A stretch of 64,000 nucleotides of DNA from Rhodanobacter sp. (GTDB lineage Bacteria; Pseudomonadota; Gammaproteobacteria; Xanthomonadales; Rhodanobacteraceae): NCBI GenBank assembly GCA_036398675.1, contig DASWOQ010000082.1, positions 20,747 through 84,746 on the forward strand. Reading direction: 5' to 3'. The notes under the pieces were generated by a model. That model was not told the origin of the DNA. It did not search any database and worked only from the letters and a program-made list of their open reading frames with translations. Shown here piece after piece: positions 39,498 through 49,034 of the stretch; the first letter of the stretch is position 1; each line of letters starts with the position of its first letter. Both the position numbers and the translations under genes were made by a program.

Positions 39498-39536
39498 GAG
39501 TCCGGCGCAGGCAAAAGCGACACCTGCGCCGGATTC
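39498..39536. terminator. Hairpin between convergent genes
   Basis: gagtccggcgcagg...cctgcgccggattc followed by ttt. Confidence 0.65.
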
Positions 39537-39549
39537 TTTCATCGCAAGT

Positions 39550-40314
39550 TCAAAGGAACATGCCGCCCGACGCCTCGATCCGTTGCGCATTGACCCAGCC
39601 GTTGGCCGGCGACAGCAGCGAGGCGATGACGCCGCCGATGTCGTCCGGCAACCCGACGCGGCCCAGCGCGGTCTGCGAGGCGATCTGCGCATTCAGGCCC
39701 GGGTTGTCGCGTACCATGCCGCCGCTGAAATCGGTTTCGATGGCACCGGGCGCAACCACGTTGACCGCGATGCTGCGGGCACCCAGTTCCTTCGCCTGGT
39801 AACGGGTCAGCACTTCGATGGCGCCCTTCATCGACGCGTATGCCGCGTAGCCGGGCAGGGCGAAACGCGTGAGCCCGCTGGAGATGTTGACGATGCGTCC
39901 GCCGTCGGCGATCAGCGGCAGCAGTTTCTGGGTGAGGAAAAACGGACCCTTGCAGTGGACGTTCACCATCTCGTCGAACTGCGCTTCGGTGGTCTCGGCG
40001 AAACTGGCATGCAGGCCGACGCCGGCATTGTTGACCAGATAGTCGAAGTGCTCACTTTGCCATTGGCGTTTCAGCGCCTCGCGCACGGCTTCAGCGAAGG
40101 CGTCGAAGCTGCGGCTGTTGCCCACGTCCAGCGGCAAGGCCTTCGCGCGGCGGCCGAGTTGTTCGATCTCGGCCACGGCGGCATCGGCTTCGTCGCGGCG
40201 GCTGCGGTAGGTGAGGATCACATCGACCCCCTGCCTGGCCAGTGCAAGCGTGGTGTTCCTGCCAAGTCCGCGGCTGCCGCCGGTGACGATGGCGATGGGG
40301 TTCGAAACGCTCAT
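39550..40314 (-). CDS. SDR-family oxidoreductase
   Basis: TGGSRGLG, NNAG, YASMK (YxxxK), PGAIETD. Confidence 0.93.
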   Translation of the reverse strand: MSVSNPIAIVTGGSRGLGRNTTLALARQGVDVILTYRSRRDEADAAVAEIEQLGRRAKALPLDVGNSRSFDAFAEAVREALKRQWQSEHFDYLVNNAGVGLHASFAETTEAQFDEMVNVHCKGPFFLTQKLLPLIADGGRIVNISSGLTRFALPGYAAYASMKGAIEVLTRYQAKELGARSIAVNVVAPGAIETDFSGGMVRDNPGLNAQIASQTALGRVGLPDDIGGVIASLLSPANGWVNAQRIEASGGMFL

Positions 40315-40424
40315 GATGGGTTTCCTTGGTTGGGGTGTCGTGGCAGGTCGCTAGCGGGCATGCAATGGTGAACGCACTGTATTGCACTGGAAATTCACGA
40401 TAGATTGGTTGCATGCGATTTATA

Positions 40425-40443
40425 TGTTCGCGATTGGCGAACA
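40425..40443. promoter_or_regulatory. LysR binding site candidate
   Basis: TGTTCGC-N5-GCGAACA inverted repeat containing T-N11-A, in the divergent promoter. Confidence 0.6.
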
Positions 40444-40488
40444 ATGGGTTGCTTCGACCTCACGCCATGGCTATCGGAAGCCCCCGTC

Positions 40489-41397
40489 ATGAACCAACTC
40501 GACGCCATGCAGATTTTTGTCCGGATTGCCGAGCTGTCCAGCTTCACTCGCGCCGCCGACAGCTTGGCGATACCCAAGGCCAGCGCCTCCACTGCCGTGC
40601 AGCAACTCGAGGGTTCGCTCGGTACCCGGCTGCTGCACCGGACCACGCGCAAGGTGCAGCTCACCCACGACGGTCAGGCGTTCTACGAGCGCAGCAAGGA
40701 TCTGCTCTCCGACATGGACGAACTGCAGTCGATGTTCCAGCACGGTGCCAAATCGTTGCGCGGGCGCTTGCGGGTGGACATGCCCAGCGGCATCGCGCGT
40801 CATTTCATCATCGAACGACTGCCGGAGTTCCTGCGCGAGCATCCGTTGGTCGAGCTGGAACTCAGCAGCACGGATCGGCTGGTGGACTTGGTTCGCGAAG
40901 GCTTCGACTGCGTGCTGCGCGTGGGCAACCTGGCCGACAGCACGCTCATCGCGCGCCCGCTCGGCCAGTTCCGCATCGCCAACTGCGCCAGCCCCGCCTA
41001 CCTGCGCCGCCACGGTACACCGAAGACGCTGGACGACCTGGTCAACCACCAGCTCATCCATTACGTGTCGACGCTGGGTGCGAAATCGCCGGGTTGGGAA
41101 TATCCGACGGCCAATGGATACGCCAGCCTGCCGATGCCGGGCGCACTCACCGTCAACAACACCGAGGCATATCAGGCGGCGTGTATCGCCGGTCTCGGCC
41201 TGATCCAGGCGCCGGCGGTGGGCTTGCGTCCGCTGATCGAAAAAGGGCTGCTCAGGGAGGTGCTGCCGAAATACCAGGCCGAGCCGATGCCGGTGTCGCT
41301 GCTCTACGCCAATCGCCGCAATCTCCCGCGGCGCGTGCAGGAATTCATGGCATGGATGACGCAGGTACTCCGGCCACATCTCGACCAGGCCATCTAG
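40489..41397 (+). CDS. LysR-family regulator (CrgA/YhjC-like)
   Basis: SSFTRAADSL...LLHRTTRKVQLT HTH; DLVREGFDC. Confidence 0.93.
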   Translation: MNQLDAMQIFVRIAELSSFTRAADSLAIPKASASTAVQQLEGSLGTRLLHRTTRKVQLTHDGQAFYERSKDLLSDMDELQSMFQHGAKSLRGRLRVDMPSGIARHFIIERLPEFLREHPLVELELSSTDRLVDLVREGFDCVLRVGNLADSTLIARPLGQFRIANCASPAYLRRHGTPKTLDDLVNHQLIHYVSTLGAKSPGWEYPTANGYASLPMPGALTVNNTEAYQAACIAGLGLIQAPAVGLRPLIEKGLLREVLPKYQAEPMPVSLLYANRRNLPRRVQEFMAWMTQVLRPHLDQAI

Positions 41398-41637
41398 CGG
41401 AGGCCGCGCGATGCGAGATGCCGAAGTTTCGGTATGCCGGTGGCATGGCATGTCGAAAATCGCCTCACCTCCATGCAGCTGATTTCCCCGAGGCCTATTT
41501 CGGTCGCACCAACGTTGCCCGTTGGGCGACATGCAAGCCCATCATCGTCTTGTCCGCATCGAGTGTATGGACTTCGGTCGGCTTGGAGGCATCGAGCCTG
41601 GGTCATCCATGGATGCGGGCGACCGTGAAAGTGAACG

Positions 41638-43116
41638 CTATTCCCGCGCTTCGAGCCGCAAGCCGCGCGGCGTCAGCCAGCGTTCGATGCCCTCGAACAC
41701 GCCCTGCACCAGCAGCGCGAGCACGGCCGCGGGGATCGCGCCCTCGAGGATCAGGCTGACGCTGTCCAGCCGGATGCCGGTGAGGATCGGCTGGCCGTAG
41801 CCGCCGGCACCGATCAGCGCGGCCAGCGTCGCGGTGCCGACATTGATCACTGCGGCGGTCTTGATGCCGGCCAGGATCGAGCGCGTCGCCAGCGGCAGTT
41901 CCACCCGGCGCAGGCGCACGCGCAGCGGCAGTCCGAGAGCGGCGGCGGATTCGCGCAGTTCCGGCGCGATGCCGACCAGGCCCGCATGCGTGTTGCGCAC
42001 GATCGGCAGCAGGCTGTACAGGAACAGCGCGGCGATCGCCGGCCACGTACCGATGCCCAGCAAGGGAATCATGAACACGAACATCGCCAGCGACGGCACT
42101 GTCTGCAGGATACCGGTCGCGCCGATGATCAACTGTCCAGCGCGTTTCAGCCGTGCGGCCAACACGCCCAACGGAATCGCCAGCAGCATCGCCAGCCCCA
42201 GCGAGATCGCCACCAGCTTGATGTGTTCCGCGCTGCGCTGGAGCAGGCGTTGCCACAGGCCGTTGTCGCTGCGTTCGGCGCGGATGCCGAGGAAGGCCGA
42301 GGCCACCACGTTTTCCTTTTCCCCCTGCAGCTTGACCCTGGCATTCATCGCGCGCATGGCGCTCTCGTCGATGTGCCCGGCGAGCTTCTGCAATACCCGC
42401 ACGAACGCCGGCGCGCTCCGGTTCAACGCCAGCCGGTACAGGTACACCGCTTCATAGCGGGGAAAGTAGTGCCTGTCATCGACCAGCGTACGCAGGTGGT
42501 AGTAGGGGATTTCGGCATCCGTGCTGTACAGGTCGATGGCATCCACCGCGCCGCTGGCAACCGCGCGATAGGACAGGGTGTGATCGAGCCCGCTGACGTT
42601 CTTCTGCGGCAGGCCGTAGCGCTGACGCAGCCCCGGCCAGCCATCGCCGCGATCCATGAACTCGTTGGAAAAACCGAAGTGCAATTCGGGGTGTTTCAGC
42701 AGGTCGGAAATCGTGGCGATGCCCATCCGCACGGATGCATCCTCGCGCATGCCGATCGCATAGGTGTTGTCGAAGCCGAGCGAATCGGTGATGCCGATGC
42801 CGAGTGGCAGCAGCCGCGCGCGCAGGGTGGCGATGTCCGCATCGGCCGGCATGCCCTTGAGAAGCTCCTGTGTCAGGGTGCCGGTGTATTCCGGATAGAC
42901 GTCTATATCGCCTTGCAGCAACGCGCGCCACAGGATGCTGGTGCCGCCGAGTTCGCGCTGGTGCAGCGCCTCGATGTCGGCCGCGCGCGCGCTGGCGCGT
43001 GCCAGTTCGCCAAGCACCACCGATTCGGTGAACTGCTTGGAGCCGATGCGCACGGGTCCGGCCAACGCCAGCAAGGGCAGCGCGAAGAGGATCAGTTCCA
43101 GCAGCAGGCGACGCAT
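41638..43116 (-). CDS. Quaternary-amine (glycine betaine/osmoprotectant) ABC transporter, substrate-binding plus permease fusion
   Basis: IGSKQFTES, YPEYTGT, GFDNTY (OpuAC-like) followed by QTVPSLA, IGAGGYG permease; start may be GTG 43119. Confidence 0.88.
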   Translation of the reverse strand: MRRLLLELILFALPLLALAGPVRIGSKQFTESVVLGELARASARAADIEALHQRELGGTSILWRALLQGDIDVYPEYTGTLTQELLKGMPADADIATLRARLLPLGIGITDSLGFDNTYAIGMREDASVRMGIATISDLLKHPELHFGFSNEFMDRGDGWPGLRQRYGLPQKNVSGLDHTLSYRAVASGAVDAIDLYSTDAEIPYYHLRTLVDDRHYFPRYEAVYLYRLALNRSAPAFVRVLQKLAGHIDESAMRAMNARVKLQGEKENVVASAFLGIRAERSDNGLWQRLLQRSAEHIKLVAISLGLAMLLAIPLGVLAARLKRAGQLIIGATGILQTVPSLAMFVFMIPLLGIGTWPAIAALFLYSLLPIVRNTHAGLVGIAPELRESAAALGLPLRVRLRRVELPLATRSILAGIKTAAVINVGTATLAALIGAGGYGQPILTGIRLDSVSLILEGAIPAAVLALLVQGVFEGIERWLTPRGLRLEARE

Positions 43117-43883
43117 CACGGCGCCTCCGGAAGGCGCCGCTGCGCCTGGACGAAACGGGTCACGAATTCGGTGGCCGGTCGATCGCGCAGATCCGCGAAG
43201 CTGCCGTCTTGCACCACGGCACCCCTGCGGATCAGCACGAGTCGTTCGGCGAACCACGCAGCTTCGGCCAGGTCGTGGGTTACCACGATCACCGTCTTGC
43301 CGAGCTGGCCGAAGATCTGTTTCAGCTCGTCCTGCAGTTCGTTGCGGACGATGGGATCGAGCGCACCCAGCGGCTCGTCCAGCAATAGCGCGTCGGGGTC
43401 GGCCATCAGGCCACGCATCAGGGCCACACGCTGACGCTGCCCGCCGGACAATTCGGCTGGATAACGTTCGAGCACGCCCTGCGGCAAATGGGTCAGTGCG
43501 GCGAGTTCCTGCGCACGCTGCCGGATGCGTTCCTTGCTCCAGCCCAGGTACTGCGGCAGCAGGGCCAGGTTGCCCATCGCGGTGAGGTGCGGAAACAATC
43601 CGCCGTCCTGGATCACATAGCCGACCCTGCGCCGTAGCGCGAGCACATCAGCGACGCGCAGCGTCTGGCCGTCCACCCGCACCTGTCCCTGTTCGGGCCA
43701 GTCCAGCCCCAGCAGCAGGCGCAATACGGTGGATTTGCCCGAGCCGCTGCTGCCGATCAGTGCGGTGGTGCTGCCGGCGGCGAAGTCGAGACTGAGCCGG
43801 TCGAGCGCTACCAGTTCGCCGTAACGCTTGCTCGCGTTGTCGATGGCGAAGGCGATGCCGGCGATTTCCTCACGATTTTGCAA
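43116..43883 (-). CDS. ABC transporter ATP-binding subunit (OpuA/ProV-like)
   Basis: GSSGSGKS, GYVIQDGGLFPH, LSGGQRQR, LLDEPLGALDP. Confidence 0.92.
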   Translation of the reverse strand: MQNREEIAGIAFAIDNASKRYGELVALDRLSLDFAAGSTTALIGSSGSGKSTVLRLLLGLDWPEQGQVRVDGQTLRVADVLALRRRVGYVIQDGGLFPHLTAMGNLALLPQYLGWSKERIRQRAQELAALTHLPQGVLERYPAELSGGQRQRVALMRGLMADPDALLLDEPLGALDPIVRNELQDELKQIFGQLGKTVIVVTHDLAEAAWFAERLVLIRRGAVVQDGSFADLRDRPATEFVTRFVQAQRRLPEAP

Positions 43884-43986
43884 ACTTGCCTCGATTCGAA
43901 TTTGCGAGCGTTGCGTGTCGCATGATTAGAATGCATTCATGTGCTGCATGAGGTGAAACATGACTCCGCTTCGATCGACAGGCTCG

Positions 43987-46050
43987 TTATTCGGGCGACC
44001 GGACTGATTTCGTGAAAGAAGGCAACAGCACACGATTTGCATAGCCGCTGATGTGATCGCCATCGAAAAATAACGGTCGCCCCTTTGCGAAAGCATCGCA
44101 GGTTGGGCCTGGAGGACAGAGGACAGGGAATGGGTCCCATATGTGGACGTTGGGGACCCTAGTCGTCAGGTTGGTCAAGGCATCAAGAACCGGTTTTCTC
44201 AGAGCCATCATTTCAACACGGCTGATCGTTGTTCCACCGCTACAGATCGGATTGCTGCGGTTGTAACTCTGGGCACAACGATAGATGGGAGATTTGAAAA
44301 TCGGTGTCGGTCCTTCGATGATCACCCGCGTTTGCTTCTCATGAAATTCGGTCAGCACTTCGACCGCAGCTTCAGTCGCCTGAGCGCGCGACTTCATCGC
44401 TTGAGCGGAAAATACATCCTCTCTGACTGTCGAGTCGGGGAAACGCACCCACTGATCTGCAAATCGCGGGAGCCGTAGTGAAGGCAGAAAGATGACATCG
44501 CCTGGCGCCAAGCGCTTCAACATGTCCGCAGTGGTAGCCGCGGTACTGCCGGTGCAGACAGCACTCTCCTCGCGCCAGGGCTGCAGGCTCATGAAGGAGC
44601 AGCCACTGTTGTTGTACAAAATGACAGAGGCGCCCGTTGCCAGCACGTATTCCTTGTACATGGGGGTATAGGCGAGCGCGTGCGAGTCGCCGATCGCTAA
44701 AACCCTTGGTGCGGTCGCGACATGGTTGCAGTTCCGTCGCGAATAGGTCGCCACCGTTCCACTTCCCAGCTTTTCGATGGACAGGCTGACGGTACAGCCG
44801 GGATAGGCGGGGTCGCTGTTGGCACCTTCGGGATACCAGTCCTGTGCATGGCGGGCGATCGTGGTCAGGGAAATGCGCGGTTGAGCCGCATTGATCCGTC
44901 GGGTCGCCCAACTCGCTGTGGCTATCAATGCGAGAGCGACCGCCACTACTGTGAGACGTGGCGCATGCCGAGCCACGCGCAAGCGTCTGACTGGCGTTTC
45001 GACAAAACGATACGACGCAACCGAGAAGATAAAGACCAGTAGCATCGCGATAAACTGGAAGAGCGGTGCATCAAGACCCACGGTCCATCGGAAGAAGACA
45101 AACACTGGCCAGTGCCATAGATAGAGCGAATACGAAATCCGCCCCACGAAGCGTACCGGCCCGAATTCGAGAACCTTGACCAATGGCACTGCACGCGATT
45201 TTCCATGCAGAAATCCGAGTAACCCCAGCGTGCCAAGCACAACCCAAAGCGATCCCGGAAAGGGGAATCCGGATGGATCGGAAACCAGTAGCCCGTAGCC
45301 AAATGCAACCAGGGATGCTGCCGCACCCCATATGAACCAATTTGGGGATGGTTGATCCGCCACGTCAAACCTTTGCCCCGCAAGAGTCATGCTCTGATAG
45401 AGCAGCACGCCTGCGCCCAGCTGCCAGAAACGGCTGCCGATCATGTAGTAAGCAGCGACCTTGTCTGTCTGGCCTAGCCAGGAAGAAAACACCAGCGAGA
45501 CAGCGACCGCCGCCGCGGGCAGCACCATGTTAAGTCGTCGCTGTCTGCCACGGAGGGTCCATGCAAAGAACAGTACCGGAAAAATGAAATAGAACTGCTC
45601 CTCGACCCCCAGCGACCATGTATGCGTGAACGGATTGAAATCGGTCGTTGGAGAAAAGTAGTCGTTGTTGGTTCTCGCCAGGACGAAGTTGCTCAAGCCG
45701 AAAAAAGCGTAGATGCCGGTCTGTTGATTCGTGCGGCTGAGCCAGGCGGATGGAATGATCAGGGCAGAGACAAGGCTCACCAGAAGCAGGCATACGACCA
45801 GCGCCGGACCTATGCGAAGAAGTCGGCGGGCATAGAAAAAGGGAATGAATTTAATCAGCTCCATGCGTTCCAGCGAGCCGACCGATGCGCTGACGATGAA
45901 GCCGGAAATGACGAAGAAAACGTCTACGCCAGCGAATCCTCCCGGAAGCCACGAAGCTTTCAGGTGATACGCGATCACGGCAGCAACTGCTATTGCGCGG
46001 AGTCCGTCGATGTATGGGAAATACGCAGGTTTCGACCCCGTCATTGGCAT
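43987..46050 (-). CDS. AT3-SGNH O-acyltransferase (OafA/OatA family)
   Basis: IDGLRAIAV, GVDVFFVISGF, HTWSLGVEEQFY, GDSHA and DGDH SGNH motifs. Confidence 0.92.
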   Translation of the reverse strand: MPMTGSKPAYFPYIDGLRAIAVAAVIAYHLKASWLPGGFAGVDVFFVISGFIVSASVGSLERMELIKFIPFFYARRLLRIGPALVVCLLLVSLVSALIIPSAWLSRTNQQTGIYAFFGLSNFVLARTNNDYFSPTTDFNPFTHTWSLGVEEQFYFIFPVLFFAWTLRGRQRRLNMVLPAAAVAVSLVFSSWLGQTDKVAAYYMIGSRFWQLGAGVLLYQSMTLAGQRFDVADQPSPNWFIWGAAASLVAFGYGLLVSDPSGFPFPGSLWVVLGTLGLLGFLHGKSRAVPLVKVLEFGPVRFVGRISYSLYLWHWPVFVFFRWTVGLDAPLFQFIAMLLVFIFSVASYRFVETPVRRLRVARHAPRLTVVAVALALIATASWATRRINAAQPRISLTTIARHAQDWYPEGANSDPAYPGCTVSLSIEKLGSGTVATYSRRNCNHVATAPRVLAIGDSHALAYTPMYKEYVLATGASVILYNNSGCSFMSLQPWREESAVCTGSTAATTADMLKRLAPGDVIFLPSLRLPRFADQWVRFPDSTVREDVFSAQAMKSRAQATEAAVEVLTEFHEKQTRVIIEGPTPIFKSPIYRCAQSYNRSNPICSGGTTISRVEMMALRKPVLDALTNLTTRVPNVHIWDPFPVLCPPGPTCDAFAKGRPLFFDGDHISGYANRVLLPSFTKSVRSPE

Positions 46051-46273
46051 CCTGCGTTTTTCCTGGTCGCGAAGGGCAGATCAGCCTTGAAGCTCGGCCG
46101 ATCCGTTACATGGGCGATGCCCGATGGTTCAGGCCGGAAGCCCGACGCTCATGCCGTACAATTCTAGCAGCACCGAAAAATTGCCCGGTATCAGCTGATT
46201 GACGTGCGCTATTTGACCGGCATGAATTCACCAGTGACATTCGCGTCGTCTACTTCGCTTTTCACTTTTGTCG

Positions 46274-47512
46274 TCAGTGTGTCGCGTTGAATCGCGCGAC
46301 GAAGTCGGCTGCCGGCTCCGGACGGCCGAGATGGTAGCCCTGGCCGAGGTCGCAGCCCATGTCGGTGAGCAGGTCTTGCGTCGGTTGATCCTCGATGCCT
46401 TCGGCTACGGTGACGAGATCCATGTGATGGGCCATGTTGACAATGGCGCTGACCAGCTTGCCGGTATGCGGATCGTCGTGCATCGCGCCCACCAGCGACT
46501 GGTCGATCTTCAGTTCGGTGGCGGGGAAGCGCCGCAGGTAGGCAATCGAAGCGTAGCCCGCGCCGAAATCGTCGATGGCGATGCGCACGCCGAGATCGCG
46601 CAGCCGGCGCAGCACCTGCATGCTCGACTCGAGGTCGTTGACCAGGGCGGTTTCGGTGATCTCGACCACCACGGCGGTCGGCGGCACGCTCCAGATGTCC
46701 AGTGCGCCGATGAGCTGCTCGGCCATGCCCGACCGCGCCAGCACCCGCGGCGAGAAGTTGATGGCGAAACTCAGTCCGGCATCGGTGGGCAGGTTCGCCG
46801 CCTGGCGCAGGGTGGCGTTGACGCTCCAGCGGGTCAGTGCAGAAATCAGGTCGCTCTGCTCGGAGAACGGCACGAAGCTCGCAGGCGAGACTTCGCCATG
46901 CTTTGCACTGGTCCAGCGCGCCAGCGATTCGATCCCGCAGATGCGGCCGGACTGCAGGTTCCATACCGGCTGGAAGAACACCTGCAGGCGGTTGGCTTCG
47001 ATCGCGTCGCGCAGTTCCTCGTAGAAGATTTCCACCTGGGTGTCGTGCAACTGGTAGATCGCGCACGGCTCGCCGCGCCGCTGAGCCTCGTCGAGCGCCA
47101 TGCCTGCGCGCCGGCACAGCAGGTCGGCGTTGAGTCCGTGTTCCGGGTAGATCGAGGCGCCCATGACGGCGCGTACCTGCCAGGGCGTCGTGCCGCCGCC
47201 GAGTGGCTGCTCGAAGGCCTGTGCAAGCCGCGTGCTGGCCAGCAACACATGGTTGCGGTTGAGCATGCCGGGCAGCACGATCACGAAGCGGTCGTCGCCT
47301 GCGCGAAATACCTGGTCGATCGGGCGCAGGGCTGTGGCGATGAGCTCATGTACTTTTTCGCCCGCCCGTTCGCCCTGGTCGTAGCCGAAACGCAGGTTGA
47401 TCTCGTGCAGGCCGGGAACGCGCAGGAACATCACGGCCAGATGACCGCCGGCCACGTCCGCATGATCCAGCCGCTGCTGGATCGCATTGAATATCTGCGC
47501 CCGGTTCAGCAT
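46274..47512 (-). CDS. Degenerate GGDEF plus EAL c-di-GMP phosphodiesterase
   Basis: RAGDDRF in place of GGDEF; FQPVW, IESLARW, EITE, DDFGAGY, KID, AEGIE, QGY. Confidence 0.88.
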   Translation of the reverse strand: MLNRAQIFNAIQQRLDHADVAGGHLAVMFLRVPGLHEINLRFGYDQGERAGEKVHELIATALRPIDQVFRAGDDRFVIVLPGMLNRNHVLLASTRLAQAFEQPLGGGTTPWQVRAVMGASIYPEHGLNADLLCRRAGMALDEAQRRGEPCAIYQLHDTQVEIFYEELRDAIEANRLQVFFQPVWNLQSGRICGIESLARWTSAKHGEVSPASFVPFSEQSDLISALTRWSVNATLRQAANLPTDAGLSFAINFSPRVLARSGMAEQLIGALDIWSVPPTAVVVEITETALVNDLESSMQVLRRLRDLGVRIAIDDFGAGYASIAYLRRFPATELKIDQSLVGAMHDDPHTGKLVSAIVNMAHHMDLVTVAEGIEDQPTQDLLTDMGCDLGQGYHLGRPEPAADFVARFNATH

Positions 47513-47564
47513 GGTCCGGCCATCCGCACGGATGCGATGCGCGATGCGTGGACGCGGAACGTGG

Positions 47565-48782
47565 TCATTGCAGGAAAAGCTCGCAGGCATCGATGCCGAA
47601 GTCGCCGGCGGCCAGGCTGCGGACGATATCGATCGGTGCCCGGTCATCATTCTGGTGCATCAGGTCGAGCTGGCGGAAATCCCTCGTTGGCTGCTTGTTC
47701 GCGGCGGTGAGCAGGACAACTTTCGGTCGCAGCCGCCGCACCTGGTTCTGCGCCATCACCACGGCCACTTCGCCGGTGCTCAGTTCGACCAGCGAGCCGG
47801 TGGGATACACGCCGAGGCAGACCTGGAACTGCTCGACCATCTCGGCCTGGAACAAGGTGTCGCGGGAGGCATAGATCTGCCGCAGCGCCTGATAGCGGGT
47901 ACTGGCCGCGCGATAGGGCCGCGCGCTGACCATCGCATCGTACGTATCGATGATGCCGAGCATGCGGCCGGCGATCGGTATCGCCTTGTTCACCAGTCCT
48001 TCGGGGTAGCCGCTGCCGTCGTGGCGTTCGTGGTGCGTGCGCAGGATGTCGATCACATCCTGGTCGGTGATGTTGGAATTGGCCACGATCGCCATCCCCT
48101 CGACGACGTGCGAACGCACCACATCCACCTCCGCGGCCGAGAGCGACCCCGGATACTGCAGCAGCGCTTCCGGCAGGTGCGTCTTGCCGACATCCATCAG
48201 CAGGCCGCCGGCGGCCAGGCTGAGGATGGTCTCCTCGGCGAAACCCATGTGCCGGCCGAACGCGGCGGCCAGCGCACTGCAGCTGATCGCGTGGTTGTAG
48301 GAATAATTGTCGCGGTGACGCAGTCCCTCGACCAGGAAGAAGGCGTCGGCGCTGCGCAGCACGCTGGCGACCAGCGGACGTACCGCCTGTTCGACGCGCT
48401 CGACGGAGAGTTCGCGGCCGCTGACGATGTCCTCGAAAATGCGGTCGACCATCAGCGAGGCGTTGTCCATCGCCGCCCGCGCCCGCGGCGCCTCTTCGTC
48501 GATCGGTGCCTTGTCGACATAGCGTACGGCCGTGCTGAAGCGCGAGCCGGAGAGCGAGGTGCGGGTCAGCGTGTGACGCGGATGATTCGGCAGTTGCCGG
48601 CGCAGGTCGATATAGACGTAATCGCACAGTTGGCGAACGGCGAGCACATCTTCCTCGCTGGCCAACTCGATGCCCTGCAATGGGAAAGGCGATGCTTCCC
48701 ACGGCCGATCCAGCCGGCAGACGAACATGCCTACCTGGAGATCGCTCACATCCATGCGTCGTTCTTCGATTTCAAAAGCCAC
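47565..48782 (-). CDS. DUF3391 plus HD-GYP domain protein
   Basis: DLQVGMFV N-terminus, LLMDVGK (HD to MD), HHERHDGSGYP, GVYPTGSLVEL. Confidence 0.88.
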   Translation of the reverse strand: MAFEIEERRMDVSDLQVGMFVCRLDRPWEASPFPLQGIELASEEDVLAVRQLCDYVYIDLRRQLPNHPRHTLTRTSLSGSRFSTAVRYVDKAPIDEEAPRARAAMDNASLMVDRIFEDIVSGRELSVERVEQAVRPLVASVLRSADAFFLVEGLRHRDNYSYNHAISCSALAAAFGRHMGFAEETILSLAAGGLLMDVGKTHLPEALLQYPGSLSAAEVDVVRSHVVEGMAIVANSNITDQDVIDILRTHHERHDGSGYPEGLVNKAIPIAGRMLGIIDTYDAMVSARPYRAASTRYQALRQIYASRDTLFQAEMVEQFQVCLGVYPTGSLVELSTGEVAVVMAQNQVRRLRPKVVLLTAANKQPTRDFRQLDLMHQNDDRAPIDIVRSLAAGDFGIDACELFLQ

Positions 48783-49034
48783 GCATCAACACCGTCGGAC
48801 TGGATCTATGGTTGGAGCGCATACCCTCATCGGTGGAGCATTCGGGCGTACGGCATCGGGCGAGCCTATCAGGATGGTGGATTGCTGCGTCAACGGTGCC
48901 GCATGCGATCCGCCTGAGCAGCCGGCCGTGGCGGATCGGCCGACGACCGCCGGCTGGCCGATACGGAGGAGATCGGTGTCAGAATGTTGCTGTGCCGGAC
49001 GATGTCATGGACGGAACGAGGGGGCAGTACTCGC

